A DNA stretch of 64,000 bases, from sequence record MZ574432.2. The stretch is one strand, 5' to 3'. The translations under genes and the position numbers were made by a program. The number at the start of each line of letters is the position of its first letter. Position 1 is the first letter of the stretch. The notes beneath the pieces are model-generated. The model saw only the letters and a program-made list of their open reading frames with translations. It was not told where the DNA came from and did no database searches. Of the stretch, positions 27,094 to 34,924 are shown in pieces.

Positions 27094-27119
27094 AAAGCCC
27101 GGCTCCGGCCGGGCTTTTT
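27094..27119 (+). terminator. Intrinsic terminator
   Basis: aaagcccggc-tccg-gccgggcttttt. Confidence 0.85.
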
Positions 27120-27194
27120 CGTTGACGGCGTCATTGCGCCGCTTATGGTGGCCTCACGGCGGAGAGATCGCGCCGTTCAGAAGGAGAAACCACC

Positions 27195-27728
27195 ATGACC
27201 ATGATCGTCAAGATCATGACGGGCCATGACCTGCCCGACGATTCCCCCTACAAGACCTTCACCCTGGTGTCCGAAGTCAAGAGCGCGACATTCCACACCC
27301 AGGAAGACAGTGAGGGCCGGCGCCACTCCTACATGCGCGCCTACATCGCTGATCCGGTCAAGACCGCCGAGGTCCCCGGTTTCAGCGAGCACGAAGTGGT
27401 CTATGACATCCCGCCCAACGTCAACGTCTACGTGATGAACGGCAACGGCAAGACCATCTCGTCCTGGACCGCGCCGCCCGTGGCCGAGGGAAAGTTCACC
27501 TTTTCCGCTTCGGCGCCGATCAAATTTGTCGACGTCAGCCGTGACACCCTCTACGGGCGCATGGAAGCCTACTGCAAATATCGGGCAAATGGGTTCACCG
27601 CGATCAAGGCTGCCCTGGCCAGCGGCTTTCCTGATCCGACCAAGGTGATCGACGCGCTGGAAGCCGACCCACTCCTCATCTCCAGGATCGAGGAACTTTC
27701 GGCCCAGGCGTCCACCTCGACGACCTAG
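27195..27728 (+). CDS. Hypothetical protein, 177 aa
   Basis: AAGGAG SD, phage-typical codon usage. Confidence 0.8.
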   Translation: MTMIVKIMTGHDLPDDSPYKTFTLVSEVKSATFHTQEDSEGRRHSYMRAYIADPVKTAEVPGFSEHEVVYDIPPNVNVYVMNGNGKTISSWTAPPVAEGKFTFSASAPIKFVDVSRDTLYGRMEAYCKYRANGFTAIKAALASGFPDPTKVIDALEADPLLISRIEELSAQASTSTT

Positions 27729-27754
27729 GCCGGACGGGCCTGTCGAAAAACACG

Positions 27755-27802
27755 CGTCACGATGTCGTATTTCTTGACAGGCCCAAAAGCCTCCTGTATA
27801 AG
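27755..27802 (+). promoter_or_regulatory. Motif promoter (copy 6), palindrome CGTCA-N3-TGTCG, TTGACA-N17-TATAAG
   Basis: Near-consensus -35 (27774-27779) and -10 (27797-27802); predicted start site at ATG 27810. Confidence 0.85.
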
Positions 27803-27809
27803 CCCCGTT

Positions 27810-27908
27810 ATGAGCAAGTCGTATCGCCAATTTGTGCGCCAGATTCAGTTCGTCCGAGTTAATCGGGCGGGCCGTTCGCGCATGGATGATGGTGGGACCC
27901 GAGTGTAG
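27810..27908 (+). CDS. Putative leader peptide 3 (MSKSYRQFVRQIQFVRVNRAGRSRMDDGGTRV, 32 aa)
   Basis: Leaderless ATG at the predicted start site; codons 5-18 are all readable by the 8 downstream tRNAs; contains an antiterminator strand. Confidence 0.7.
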   Translation: MSKSYRQFVRQIQFVRVNRAGRSRMDDGGTRV

Positions 27909-27937
27909 GGTCCAAAGACCTCTCAATCCATTTCTGC

Positions 27938-27980
27938 GAAGGCCCGCCCAGGTAACCCCTCGGCGGGCCTTCTGCGTTTT
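27938..27980 (+). terminator. Attenuator-like terminator upstream of tRNA cluster 2
   Basis: gaaggcccgcc...ggcgggccttc-tgcgtttt; the 5' arm can instead pair with 27865-27879 inside the leader ORF. Confidence 0.65.
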
Positions 27981-28036
27981 CACCCTTCGTTTTCATCCGG
28001 TAGCGAGCGAGATCATGACCGGAAACTAACCCCTTC

Positions 28037-28126
28037 GGGTCGGCAGGTGGGCACTGGCATGAGCCCAAGGGACTGTAACTCCCCCGTCGAAAGGCTGTGT
28101 AGGTTCGAGTCCTACCCGACCCACCA
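28037..28126 (+). tRNA. tRNA-Tyr(GUA), atypical acceptor/D-arm connector
   Basis: GGGTCGG/CCGACCC, loop ctGTAac, long variable arm, A73, CCA; 5 nt rather than 2 before the D stem. Confidence 0.75.
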
Positions 28127-28159
28127 TTCTTCCGTGGAGCCCGAGTAAACGGCCTCTGC

Positions 28160-28231
28160 GCTTCAGTAGCTCAGTGGTAGAGCGCCGTCTTGACATGGCG
28201 GAGGTCGAAGGTTCGAACCCTTCCTGAAGCA
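28160..28231 (+). tRNA. tRNA-Val(GAC), no encoded CCA
   Basis: GCTTCAG/CTGAAGC, loop ttGACat; 1-nt spacer to tRNA-Ile. Confidence 0.9.
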
Positions 28232-28232
28232 C

Positions 28233-28308
28233 GCTAGGTTAGCTCAGTTGGTAGAGCACCGGACCGATAATCCGGTTGTCACAGGTTCGAGCCCTGTACC
28301 TAGCACCA
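28233..28308 (+). tRNA. tRNA-Ile(GAU), C33
   Basis: GCTAGGT/ACCTAGC, stem ccgga/tccgg, loop ccGATaa, CCA. Confidence 0.88.
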
Positions 28309-28313
28309 AACAC

Positions 28314-28388
28314 TTATACGCTTTACCGTATAAAGTAAAAATATACGATCTAGCGTATAAAATGACTTGAACTTACCGAATTCGGTAA
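28314..28388. repeat. AT-rich cluster of three inverted repeats
   Basis: ttatacg-N6-cgtataa (28314-28333), tatacg-N6-cgtata (28342-28359), ttaccgaattcggtaa (28373-28388). Confidence 0.8.
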
Positions 28389-28423
28389 ATAAAAAGAGGT
28401 GAACAGAGGAAAGGACAAGTAAC

Positions 28424-28498
28424 GGGCCGGTAGCTCAGTGGTAGAGCGCTGCTGTCACATAGCAGATGTCGAGTGTTCGAGACACTCCCGGCCCACCA
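28424..28498 (+). tRNA. tRNA-Val(CAC)
   Basis: GGGCCGG/CCGGCCC, stem ctgct/agcag, loop gtCACat, CCA. Confidence 0.88.
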
Positions 28499-28505
28499 GT
28501 TCAGT

Positions 28506-28579
28506 TGAAGCATGGTGTAATGGTAGCACATCAGAGTTTGGTTCTGGGAGTCTAGGTTCGAGTCCTAGTGCTTCAGCCA
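28506..28579 (+). tRNA. tRNA-Gln(UUG)
   Basis: TGAAGCA/TGCTTCA, loop gtTTGgt, G73, CCA. Confidence 0.88.
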
Positions 28580-28633
28580 ACTGAAAGAGTTTCAGGTCTC
28601 ATGTGACGAGATCAGGAGAGAGAAGGCGAGTTT

Positions 28634-28708
28634 TTCCGAGTAGCTCAGCGGTAGAGCAGCGTGCTGTTAACACGACGGTCGGTGGTTCGATCCCACCCTC
28701 GGGAGCCA
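28634..28708 (+). tRNA. tRNA-Asn(GUU)
   Basis: TTCCGAG/CTCGGGA, loop ctGTTaa, G73, CCA. Confidence 0.92.
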
Positions 28709-28723
28709 TTACTTCTTCTCCAC

Positions 28724-28802
28724 GCCCGGTTAGCTCAGCGGAATTAAGAGCAGACGCCTACGAAGCGTAAGGTCGGGGGTTCGAATCCCTCACCGGGTGC
28801 CA
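28724..28802 (+). tRNA. tRNA-Arg(ACG)
   Basis: GCCCGGT/ACCGGGT, loop ctACGaa, CCA. Confidence 0.9.
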
Positions 28803-28831
28803 TTTTCACGTATGCAGTGCTTCGGCCCTGC

Positions 28832-28906
28832 GGGGATGTAGCTCAGTGGTAGAGCGGGAGACTGAAAATCTCCGCGTCGGTGGTTCGACCCCACCCTTCC
28901 CCACCA
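28832..28906 (+). tRNA. tRNA-Phe(GAA)
   Basis: GGGGATG/CTTCCCC (one U-U), stem ggaga/tctcc, loop ctGAAaa, CCA. Confidence 0.9.
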
Positions 28907-28926
28907 GTTCTCGGTGACCGCGAGGC

Positions 28927-28960
28927 GGCCGTCAGGATGTTCGATCCTGGCGGCCTTTTT
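28927..28960 (+). terminator. Intrinsic terminator of tRNA cluster 2
   Basis: ggccgtcaggat-gttcg-atcctggcggcc-ttttt. Confidence 0.85.
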
Positions 28961-29046
28961 CATGCCCGTGGTTCAGTGAACGTCGGCCTCTCGACATTGA
29001 GGCGAGTTCTGGATTAGGTAAAACGTCAGGATGTATTTACGACCCA

Positions 29047-29070
29047 CGTCACCGTGACGCAAATCTTGAC
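29047..29070 (+). promoter_or_regulatory. Motif promoter (copy 7) with palindrome CGTCA-N3-TGACG
   Basis: cgtca-ccg-tgacg-caaat-cttgac. Confidence 0.75.
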
Positions 29071-29208
29071 ATCTATCAGAGCTTCCCCTACCCTGCAAGC
29101 ACATTTTCAATGGCTCAAGTCGGGGACGAGAGCATGGCCCATGCCCATCAGCGTCCTCCCGAAGCGGCCTCGGAGGAAACCGAGCAAACGCCGCAAAGGA
29201 CAAATGCC

Positions 29209-29304
29209 ATGAAGACGCTCATTGAGCGCCTGCGAGCGGCCCACCTGGAGGCCGAAGCCGAGCGCGTTGCCCAGTACCTGTCCGCGCAAGCCTTGGAGGC
29301 CTAA
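29209..29304 (+). CDS. Small helical protein, 31 aa (MKTLIERLRAAHLEAEAERVAQYLSAQALEA)
   Basis: AAAGGA SD before ATG 29209, in frame with the listed 29110 ORF. Confidence 0.45.
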   Translation: MKTLIERLRAAHLEAEAERVAQYLSAQALEA

Positions 29305-29307
29305 GCT

Positions 29308-29652
29308 ATGACTTCCCAGGCCAACAATACCGCGCAGGCGCGTGAGCGTCACCTGCAAATCCAACTCTTCGAGACGATCAACGACAAGCTCGACAAGGTC
29401 GACGTCCGCTTCGACAAGGTCGAGGACCGCTTCGACAAGCTGTCGGACTCGATCACCGACGTCTCCACGCGCCTGACGCGCATCGAAGCCTCGGACGTGG
29501 CGTCCCGCGTCCAGAAGCTCGAAGACAGCCTTCACGAGAACGATCGCCGGATCACCAAGCTGGAGACGATCCTGCTGCCGGTGACGGGTCTGGGCTCGGC
29601 CCTGGCCGGCGCCCTCGCCACCTGGGTTTTCGGTTTGTTCCCGCATGCTTAA
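29308..29652 (+). CDS. Coiled-coil protein with C-terminal hydrophobic helix, 114 aa
   Basis: Heptad repeats (DKLDKVDVRFDKVEDRFDKL) and terminal LLPVTGLGSALAGALATWVFGLF. Confidence 0.75.
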   Translation: MTSQANNTAQARERHLQIQLFETINDKLDKVDVRFDKVEDRFDKLSDSITDVSTRLTRIEASDVASRVQKLEDSLHENDRRITKLETILLPVTGLGSALAGALATWVFGLFPHA

Positions 29653-29800
29653 GGTTTAACGGCTAAGCTTAGGCGACCTGAAGGTGCGTCAAACGACCTC
29701 AGGTTAATTTTTCATAAACACGCCTTCGCACCTCTTGTTCCTTCCGAAACAGTCGGTAGGGTCGATCCAACAAATCGATCCGGCGTTTTGAGGAGAGAAC

Positions 29801-30025
29801 ATGCTGGCCGCCGTTTCCGTTCCCGACCACCTGGAAAATTTTGATCTCCAGGAGGCGGTTGATCAGGCCCAAGGAAGCCTGATCGTGTCGTCCACCCAGC
29901 TTTCTGAACTGAGTGCGGAACCCCTGTCTGACACGGGTGTCGCGCGTCTGGTCAAGCTGGTCGCCCAGATCAATCACGATCTCTCGGCGACTGTCGAGGC
30001 CTGGAAAGCCAGTAATCCAGTGTAG
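29801..30025 (+). CDS. Hypothetical protein, 74 aa
   Basis: GAGGAG SD. Confidence 0.7.
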   Translation: MLAAVSVPDHLENFDLQEAVDQAQGSLIVSSTQLSELSAEPLSDTGVARLVKLVAQINHDLSATVEAWKASNPV

Positions 30026-30057
30026 TCCCTCGGCAGAGGGACCCGAAGGGAGTCCCT

Positions 30058-30933
30058 TTGACCGACCTGCTTCCTGACGACATGTTCGAGGCTCGTCCTC
30101 TGAACAAGGCCGCAGCCCGCGCCCAGCGGCGTTCCGCAGCCAAGAACAATCCCACCCCGGATCGTCGTCAACGCGCCGGAGACCAACCCGGCGCCAAGCC
30201 TCTCGAACCGAAGACGGCCAAGCAGGCCGAATATATCCAGTATCTTCAAGCCGGAAAGTCGGTCGCCGCCACTGGCGGCGCCGGCACCGGCAAGACCTAC
30301 GTAGCCGCCCGCGTCGCCGCGCGCGGCCTGATCGAGGGCAAGTACGAGAAGATCGTGCTGTGCCGCGTCGCGGTCTCCAAGGCCAAGCACGCCATGGGCT
30401 TCCTGCCCGGCAAGATCGAAGACAAGCTCAAGCCCTGGCTGGTTCCCGTGATCGACGGCCTTCGCGCCGAGGTCTCGGCCGGCACGCTCGAAGAGTGGAA
30501 GGCCAAGGGCATGTTCGAAGTCGTCGCCTTCGAGCACATGCGCGGCCGGACCTTCAACAACGCCTTCGTCATCATGGACGAGGCCCAGAACGCCGACTTC
30601 GGTGACCTGAAGCTGTTCCTGACCCGCACGGGCATGCACAGCCAGATCGTCCTGACCGGCGACATGGACCAGATCGACATCCACAACTCCGGCCTGTCCG
30701 AGGTGATCGACATGATCCTCGAATACGACGTGCCGGTCGAAGTGGTGCAGTTCACGTCGGCCGACGTGGTCCGCTCGCCGCTGGCCAAGGCGTTCGTCAC
30801 CGCGTTCGAGAAGCACGCCGCGCGCAAGGCCCAGGCGGTCAATGATGTGGGTGCTCAGGAGGCACGTGTCGCGTTTCTTGACGCGCCGCCTCGCTTCCTC
30901 GACAATGGCATCTCCAGGCGGCAAGCCGCCTAA
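30058..30933 (+). CDS. phoH: PhoH-like ATPase, 291 aa
   Basis: GGAGTGKT Walker A, GFLPG.IEDKL.PW, E.MRGRTF.NAFVIMDEAQN, LTGD.DQ.D motifs. Confidence 0.95.
   Translation: MTDLLPDDMFEARPLNKAAARAQRRSAAKNNPTPDRRQRAGDQPGAKPLEPKTAKQAEYIQYLQAGKSVAATGGAGTGKTYVAARVAARGLIEGKYEKIVLCRVAVSKAKHAMGFLPGKIEDKLKPWLVPVIDGLRAEVSAGTLEEWKAKGMFEVVAFEHMRGRTFNNAFVIMDEAQNADFGDLKLFLTRTGMHSQIVLTGDMDQIDIHNSGLSEVIDMILEYDVPVEVVQFTSADVVRSPLAKAFVTAFEKHAARKAQAVNDVGAQEARVAFLDAPPRFLDNGISRRQAA
30867..30882 (+). promoter_or_regulatory. Motif promoter (copy 8), inside the 3' end of phoH
   Basis: tgtcg-cgttt-cttgac ~140 nt upstream of the neck genes. Confidence 0.6.
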
Positions 30934-31022
30934 GCCTTCCGACAATTAGCCGCCGTAATGGCAGGACCTCGTGTCAGGCGCAGGATTGTGCCGCGCACGG
31001 GGTCCATTTTTCTGGAACCCTC

Positions 31023-31568
31023 ATGTCCTTCACCTTCGTCGTCGAGACGGGTCAGGCTCTACCTGACGCCACGTCCTACGTCAACATCGAATTCGCCGAC
31101 GACTATGTCGAGCAGGACATTCACAAGTCCGACGAGTGGCTGGGCCTGGACGAGGACGTCAAGGAGCGGCTGCTGTCGCGCGCCAGCAAGATGCTCGACA
31201 GCCGCGTCCAGTGGAAGGGCCGCAAGTACGACAGCGACAGTGGCCTGAAGTGGCCGCGCGTGGGGGTGATGGACCCCGACAGCTACACGATGATCTCCGA
31301 CGACGTGGTGCCCCGCATCGTCATGGAAGCCACCGTGGAATACGCCAAGTATTTCATGGAGGACGACATCGTCGCCGGCTCGACGATCTCCAACTACCGC
31401 GAAATCCAGGTCGACGTGATCGAACTGAAGATCAACAACGAAACCAACCCGGCCCTGGTCCCCGACGTCGTCAAGACGATGATCGAGAATTCCGGCCTGG
31501 GCACCGTCGATGACGGCACCTCCTCCACCAACGGGCGGATGGGCTTCAAGAAGATTCGTCGCACCTAA
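31023..31568 (+). CDS. Putative head-tail adaptor (DnaT-like domain family), 181 aa
   Basis: FVVETG...PDATSYV...AD.Y...L..A...LD....W.G.K......L.WPR pattern; first gene of the neck block. Confidence 0.75.
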   Translation: MSFTFVVETGQALPDATSYVNIEFADDYVEQDIHKSDEWLGLDEDVKERLLSRASKMLDSRVQWKGRKYDSDSGLKWPRVGVMDPDSYTMISDDVVPRIVMEATVEYAKYFMEDDIVAGSTISNYREIQVDVIELKINNETNPALVPDVVKTMIENSGLGTVDDGTSSTNGRMGFKKIRRT

Positions 31569-31948
31569 TGGCCTCGCTGAGCAAGGTAATCCAGCGCGGC
31601 GTCGACACCGCGTTCAAGGCGATCGGCGACATTGCCAAGCCCGGCACGTGGCGGCAAATCCGCACGACCGGCACGAACGCGATCGACATCACCGGCGGCG
31701 TCCCGATCCAGCCCTACACCGACTACCCACTCCCTCGCGTCGTCTTCGCCCGCTTCAAGCAGGAAGAGACCGACCACACGACCATCACCCTCAATGACCA
31801 GAAGGTGCTGTTTCCTCGCCAGGACCTGCCGGTCGAACCGGCCGACAGTGACGCGGTGATCGACAGCAAGGGCCGCCTTTGGCAGGTCGTGCGGGTCATG
31901 AGCCCGCCGGCCGACGCCGTGGTCATCTGTCAGGTCAGAGCGTCGTGA
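31568..31948 (+). CDS. Putative head-closure/stopper protein, 126 aa
   Basis: Size, synteny and ...D..G..W.V..V...PA..V...QVR C-terminus. Confidence 0.65.
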   Translation: MASLSKVIQRGVDTAFKAIGDIAKPGTWRQIRTTGTNAIDITGGVPIQPYTDYPLPRVVFARFKQEETDHTTITLNDQKVLFPRQDLPVEPADSDAVIDSKGRLWQVVRVMSPPADAVVICQVRAS

Positions 31949-32454
31949 CGACGCGCGGCGGCGGCTCGAAGTTCACGGCCGGCGTCCAGGGCAACTGGCG
32001 CCGCACGTTCGAGGCCTTCAAGCTGACGGCCAATCGCGCCTTCAATCGCTACATCGATCGCTTCGCTGTGGCGCTCAACGAAAACCTCCTGGGCAACACG
32101 CCGGTCTGGGAAGGCACCACGGCGCGCAACTGGAACTGGTCGGTGGGCTCAGCGGATCGCTCGGCGGCGCTGCCGGCCGAGGGCGACGGCCCCACCGGAC
32201 GAACCAACGCCATGCCGCTCGGTCCCGAACCGAGACGCCCGGCCAACGAGAACGCCGAAGAAAGCGATTTCGAGAATTTCCGCCGGCAACTGGCGGCCCA
32301 AACCAAGCCGGTCAACATCTACGTGACCAACACCTCACCCAACGCCGTCTCCCTGGAATTCGGCATGCTGCCCACCCCCGCCACCTCGCGTCGCAAGAAG
32401 GGCATGCTTTTGCTGTCCGTCGTCGAGACGCTGGCGGCCATGGGTGTGCGCTAG
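31945..32454 (+). CDS. Putative neck/tail completion protein (HK97 gp10-like), 169 aa
   Basis: GTG overlapping the upstream TGA; TPVWEGT.ARNW and IYVTN..P.A..LEFG motifs. Confidence 0.7.
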   Translation: MTTRGGGSKFTAGVQGNWRRTFEAFKLTANRAFNRYIDRFAVALNENLLGNTPVWEGTTARNWNWSVGSADRSAALPAEGDGPTGRTNAMPLGPEPRRPANENAEESDFENFRRQLAAQTKPVNIYVTNTSPNAVSLEFGMLPTPATSRRKKGMLLLSVVETLAAMGVR

Positions 32455-32479
32455 GCCCATTTCTTGCTAGGAGCCACCG

Positions 32480-32929
32480 ATGGCCGATGAAACCTTCGCC
32501 TTTGAAGAACTGCGCAAGCGCTTCCTGACCGAAGCGATCCAGGCGGCCAACACCGCTGGCCTGGGCGACGTCTTCAAGACGCCCGGCTACCCGTTCGTCC
32601 AGCCGCAAGCCACGCCCTGGGTCGAGTTCACCTACGAGGTCGGCAAGACCTTCCCCGCCAGCCTGGGCGCCGGAGAGGACCTGGACGCGCCCGACTACAC
32701 CGTCGGCATCTTCCAGTTCGACGTCTATGTGCCTGAGGATAGCGGCACCGGTCCCGGAACCATCCTGGGCGAGAAGCTGCGCAAGCAGGTCAATCGCAAG
32801 GAGTGGCTGGTGGGTGACGTCGGGCACGTCAAGCTCGGGGCCTTCTCCACCCAGCCGGTGAACACCACCATGAAGGGCTGGAACTGCATCTGCGTGCGCG
32901 GCTCCTACGGATTCTGGCACCGAGGCTAA
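32480..32929 (+). CDS. Putative tail terminator protein, 149 aa
   Basis: AGGAG SD; position before the tail tube; GIFQFDVYVP..SG.G pattern. Confidence 0.7.
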   Translation: MADETFAFEELRKRFLTEAIQAANTAGLGDVFKTPGYPFVQPQATPWVEFTYEVGKTFPASLGAGEDLDAPDYTVGIFQFDVYVPEDSGTGPGTILGEKLRKQVNRKEWLVGDVGHVKLGAFSTQPVNTTMKGWNCICVRGSYGFWHRG

Positions 32930-32973
32930 GCCTCCGACGAAAATCTGACCTAAGCTGGCGGTGACACGAACCG

Positions 32974-32997
32974 CGTCACGATGACGTGTTTCTTGAC
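32974..32997 (+). promoter_or_regulatory. Motif promoter (copy 9) with palindrome CGTCA-N3-TGACG
   Basis: cgtca-cga-tgacg-tgttt-cttgac upstream of the tail tube gene. Confidence 0.8.
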
Positions 32998-33091
32998 TTT
33001 AGGAATTAATTCCTATACGGTCCCCACCAGCCTTTGATGCGCCACCGGGGCGGTGCGCCATCCGCAACCCCACAACTTTAGGTGACGCCTG

Positions 33092-34924
33092 ATGGTCGCA
33101 ATTTTCGCCGACTCGAACCGCGCTCGTATGCGCTACATCAAGTCCGTTGATGGCTGGGGCACCACCCCCGCCGACGGTCGCACCCGTGAGCTTCGCTACA
33201 CCGGCTCGTCCGTGACCGCCTCCAAGGAGACGACGGTCTCGGAAGAAATCCGTGCGGACCGCATGGTCTCGGACATCATTGAAACGTCCGCCAAGTCGGC
33301 GGGCGAGATCAACATCGAATTCTCGGCCGGCTCGCACGACGACTTCCTGGAGTCGTTCATGATGGGCGCCTGGACGCGTCCGATGACCTTCGACAGCGCC
33401 CAGGGCAAGTCGCTCGTCTTCGCCGACGCCGACACGATCTACATCAAGGGCAAGGACGTCACCGACTACTTCTTCGCGGGTCGCCGCATCCGCACCAACG
33501 GCTTCGTCAACCCGGCCAACAACAACTACTGGCAGATCGACACGATCACGTTCAACTCGGGCGCCAACCGCACCGAGATCACGCTGACGACCGCCACGGC
33601 CGTCGCCGAGAACGGCACCGCCAACACCTTCATGTATGACGCCAACGACGTCATCGTCCTGCGCAACACCAACATCCGCGCCGGCACCAGCGGCCTGCCG
33701 ACCTTCGACTCGAACGGCACCAACGCCTTCGCCTCGGCGATCGCTGCGGGTCAGATCGTTCCGGGCCAGAAGATTTTCGTCGACGGCCTGGGCTTCGCCA
33801 CCGGCACGGTCACCCTGACGGGTCAACCGGCGGCCGGCTCCAAGGTGCGCCTGTCGGACGGCAAGAAGGCCATCACGTTCCAATTCGGCGGCGTCTTCAC
33901 CCAGACGGTCGAAGGCGTGGACCTGGGCACGGACTTCAACCAGACGGCCGAGAACCTCGCCCTGGCCGTGAACCAAGCGCGCTCGGTGGGCAAGATCAAC
34001 GCCTCGGCGACCTTCGCCGGTGGTGTGGTCACCATCAAGCTGCAAGCGGACGCCGGCACCCTGACCGAAGTGACCGACACCGGCAACGTCATCGCCGTGG
34101 CCAACTTCACGGGTGGCGACACGAGCCTGCACGGCATCTTCACGATCCTGTCGGCGACCGACGACGTCCTGGAAGTCTCGCCGGCCCCGACCACGTTCGC
34201 CAACGGCGCCAACCGCCCGGTGACGATCAAGGGCTCGATGCTGCGCAACCCGCACCTCGTCGAAGACATCACGCCGCAGGACTACGTCCTGGAGACGGGC
34301 TTCGAAGACGTCGGCCAATACTTCATCGCCGACGGTCAGCGCGTGGGCGGCTTCAGCTACGACGTCACGTCGAACTCGATCCTGACCGGCTCGTTCACCT
34401 TCTCGGGCCGCGCCATGACCCGTTCGGACGTCAGCGTCCTGGGCGACGAGGCCATCTACACGGTCCTGGGCACCACCTCGACCGAAGTGGCCAACGCGAC
34501 CGTGAACGTCGGTAACGTTAACATCAACGGCGAAGTGCTGTCGACCGCGCTCCAGTCGATCCAACTGACCGGCGACAACAACCTGCGTGACCAGAACGCG
34601 GTGTCCTACAAGTTCCCGGCCGGCATCGGCTCGGGCCGCATGGACATCACCGGCTCGGTCAACGCCTACTTCGCCGACGGCTCGCTGTGGGACAAGTTCC
34701 TCAACCACGAGACCGTGTCGCTGTCCTACTCGGTGACGGACGTGGCGGGTCACACCTACCACTTCACGATCCCCTCGGCCAAGTTCTCGTCGGACCAAGT
34801 CAACCCGGCCGGCGGCAACCAGGACGTCATGGAAGCGCTGGAATTCACCGCCAAGCGCGACCCGGAAACCGAGTGCCAAATCCAGATCGACCGGTTCTCC
34901 TCGAACCACCCGATCACCGCCTAA
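33092..34924 (+). CDS. Major tail tube protein with inserted accessory domains, 610 aa
   Basis: SEEIRADRMVSD...SA.GEINIEFS N-terminus and DNNLR.Q.AV...G.GR.DITGSVNAYF.D..L C-terminus. Confidence 0.85.
   Translation: MVAIFADSNRARMRYIKSVDGWGTTPADGRTRELRYTGSSVTASKETTVSEEIRADRMVSDIIETSAKSAGEINIEFSAGSHDDFLESFMMGAWTRPMTFDSAQGKSLVFADADTIYIKGKDVTDYFFAGRRIRTNGFVNPANNNYWQIDTITFNSGANRTEITLTTATAVAENGTANTFMYDANDVIVLRNTNIRAGTSGLPTFDSNGTNAFASAIAAGQIVPGQKIFVDGLGFATGTVTLTGQPAAGSKVRLSDGKKAITFQFGGVFTQTVEGVDLGTDFNQTAENLALAVNQARSVGKINASATFAGGVVTIKLQADAGTLTEVTDTGNVIAVANFTGGDTSLHGIFTILSATDDVLEVSPAPTTFANGANRPVTIKGSMLRNPHLVEDITPQDYVLETGFEDVGQYFIADGQRVGGFSYDVTSNSILTGSFTFSGRAMTRSDVSVLGDEAIYTVLGTTSTEVANATVNVGNVNINGEVLSTALQSIQLTGDNNLRDQNAVSYKFPAGIGSGRMDITGSVNAYFADGSLWDKFLNHETVSLSYSVTDVAGHTYHFTIPSAKFSSDQVNPAGGNQDVMEALEFTAKRDPETECQIQIDRFSSNHPITA

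Noticed and set aside
17980-28906. tRNA 3' ends as prophage attachment sites
   Set aside because: No integrase, no duplicated tRNA 3' end and no host genes in the window.
29649-29710. CtrA boxes (TTAA-rich sites at 1119, 29649 and TTAACCAT at 17114-17107 and 42378)
   Set aside because: No full TTAA-N7-TTAA spacing; isolated half-sites are too short to support a call.
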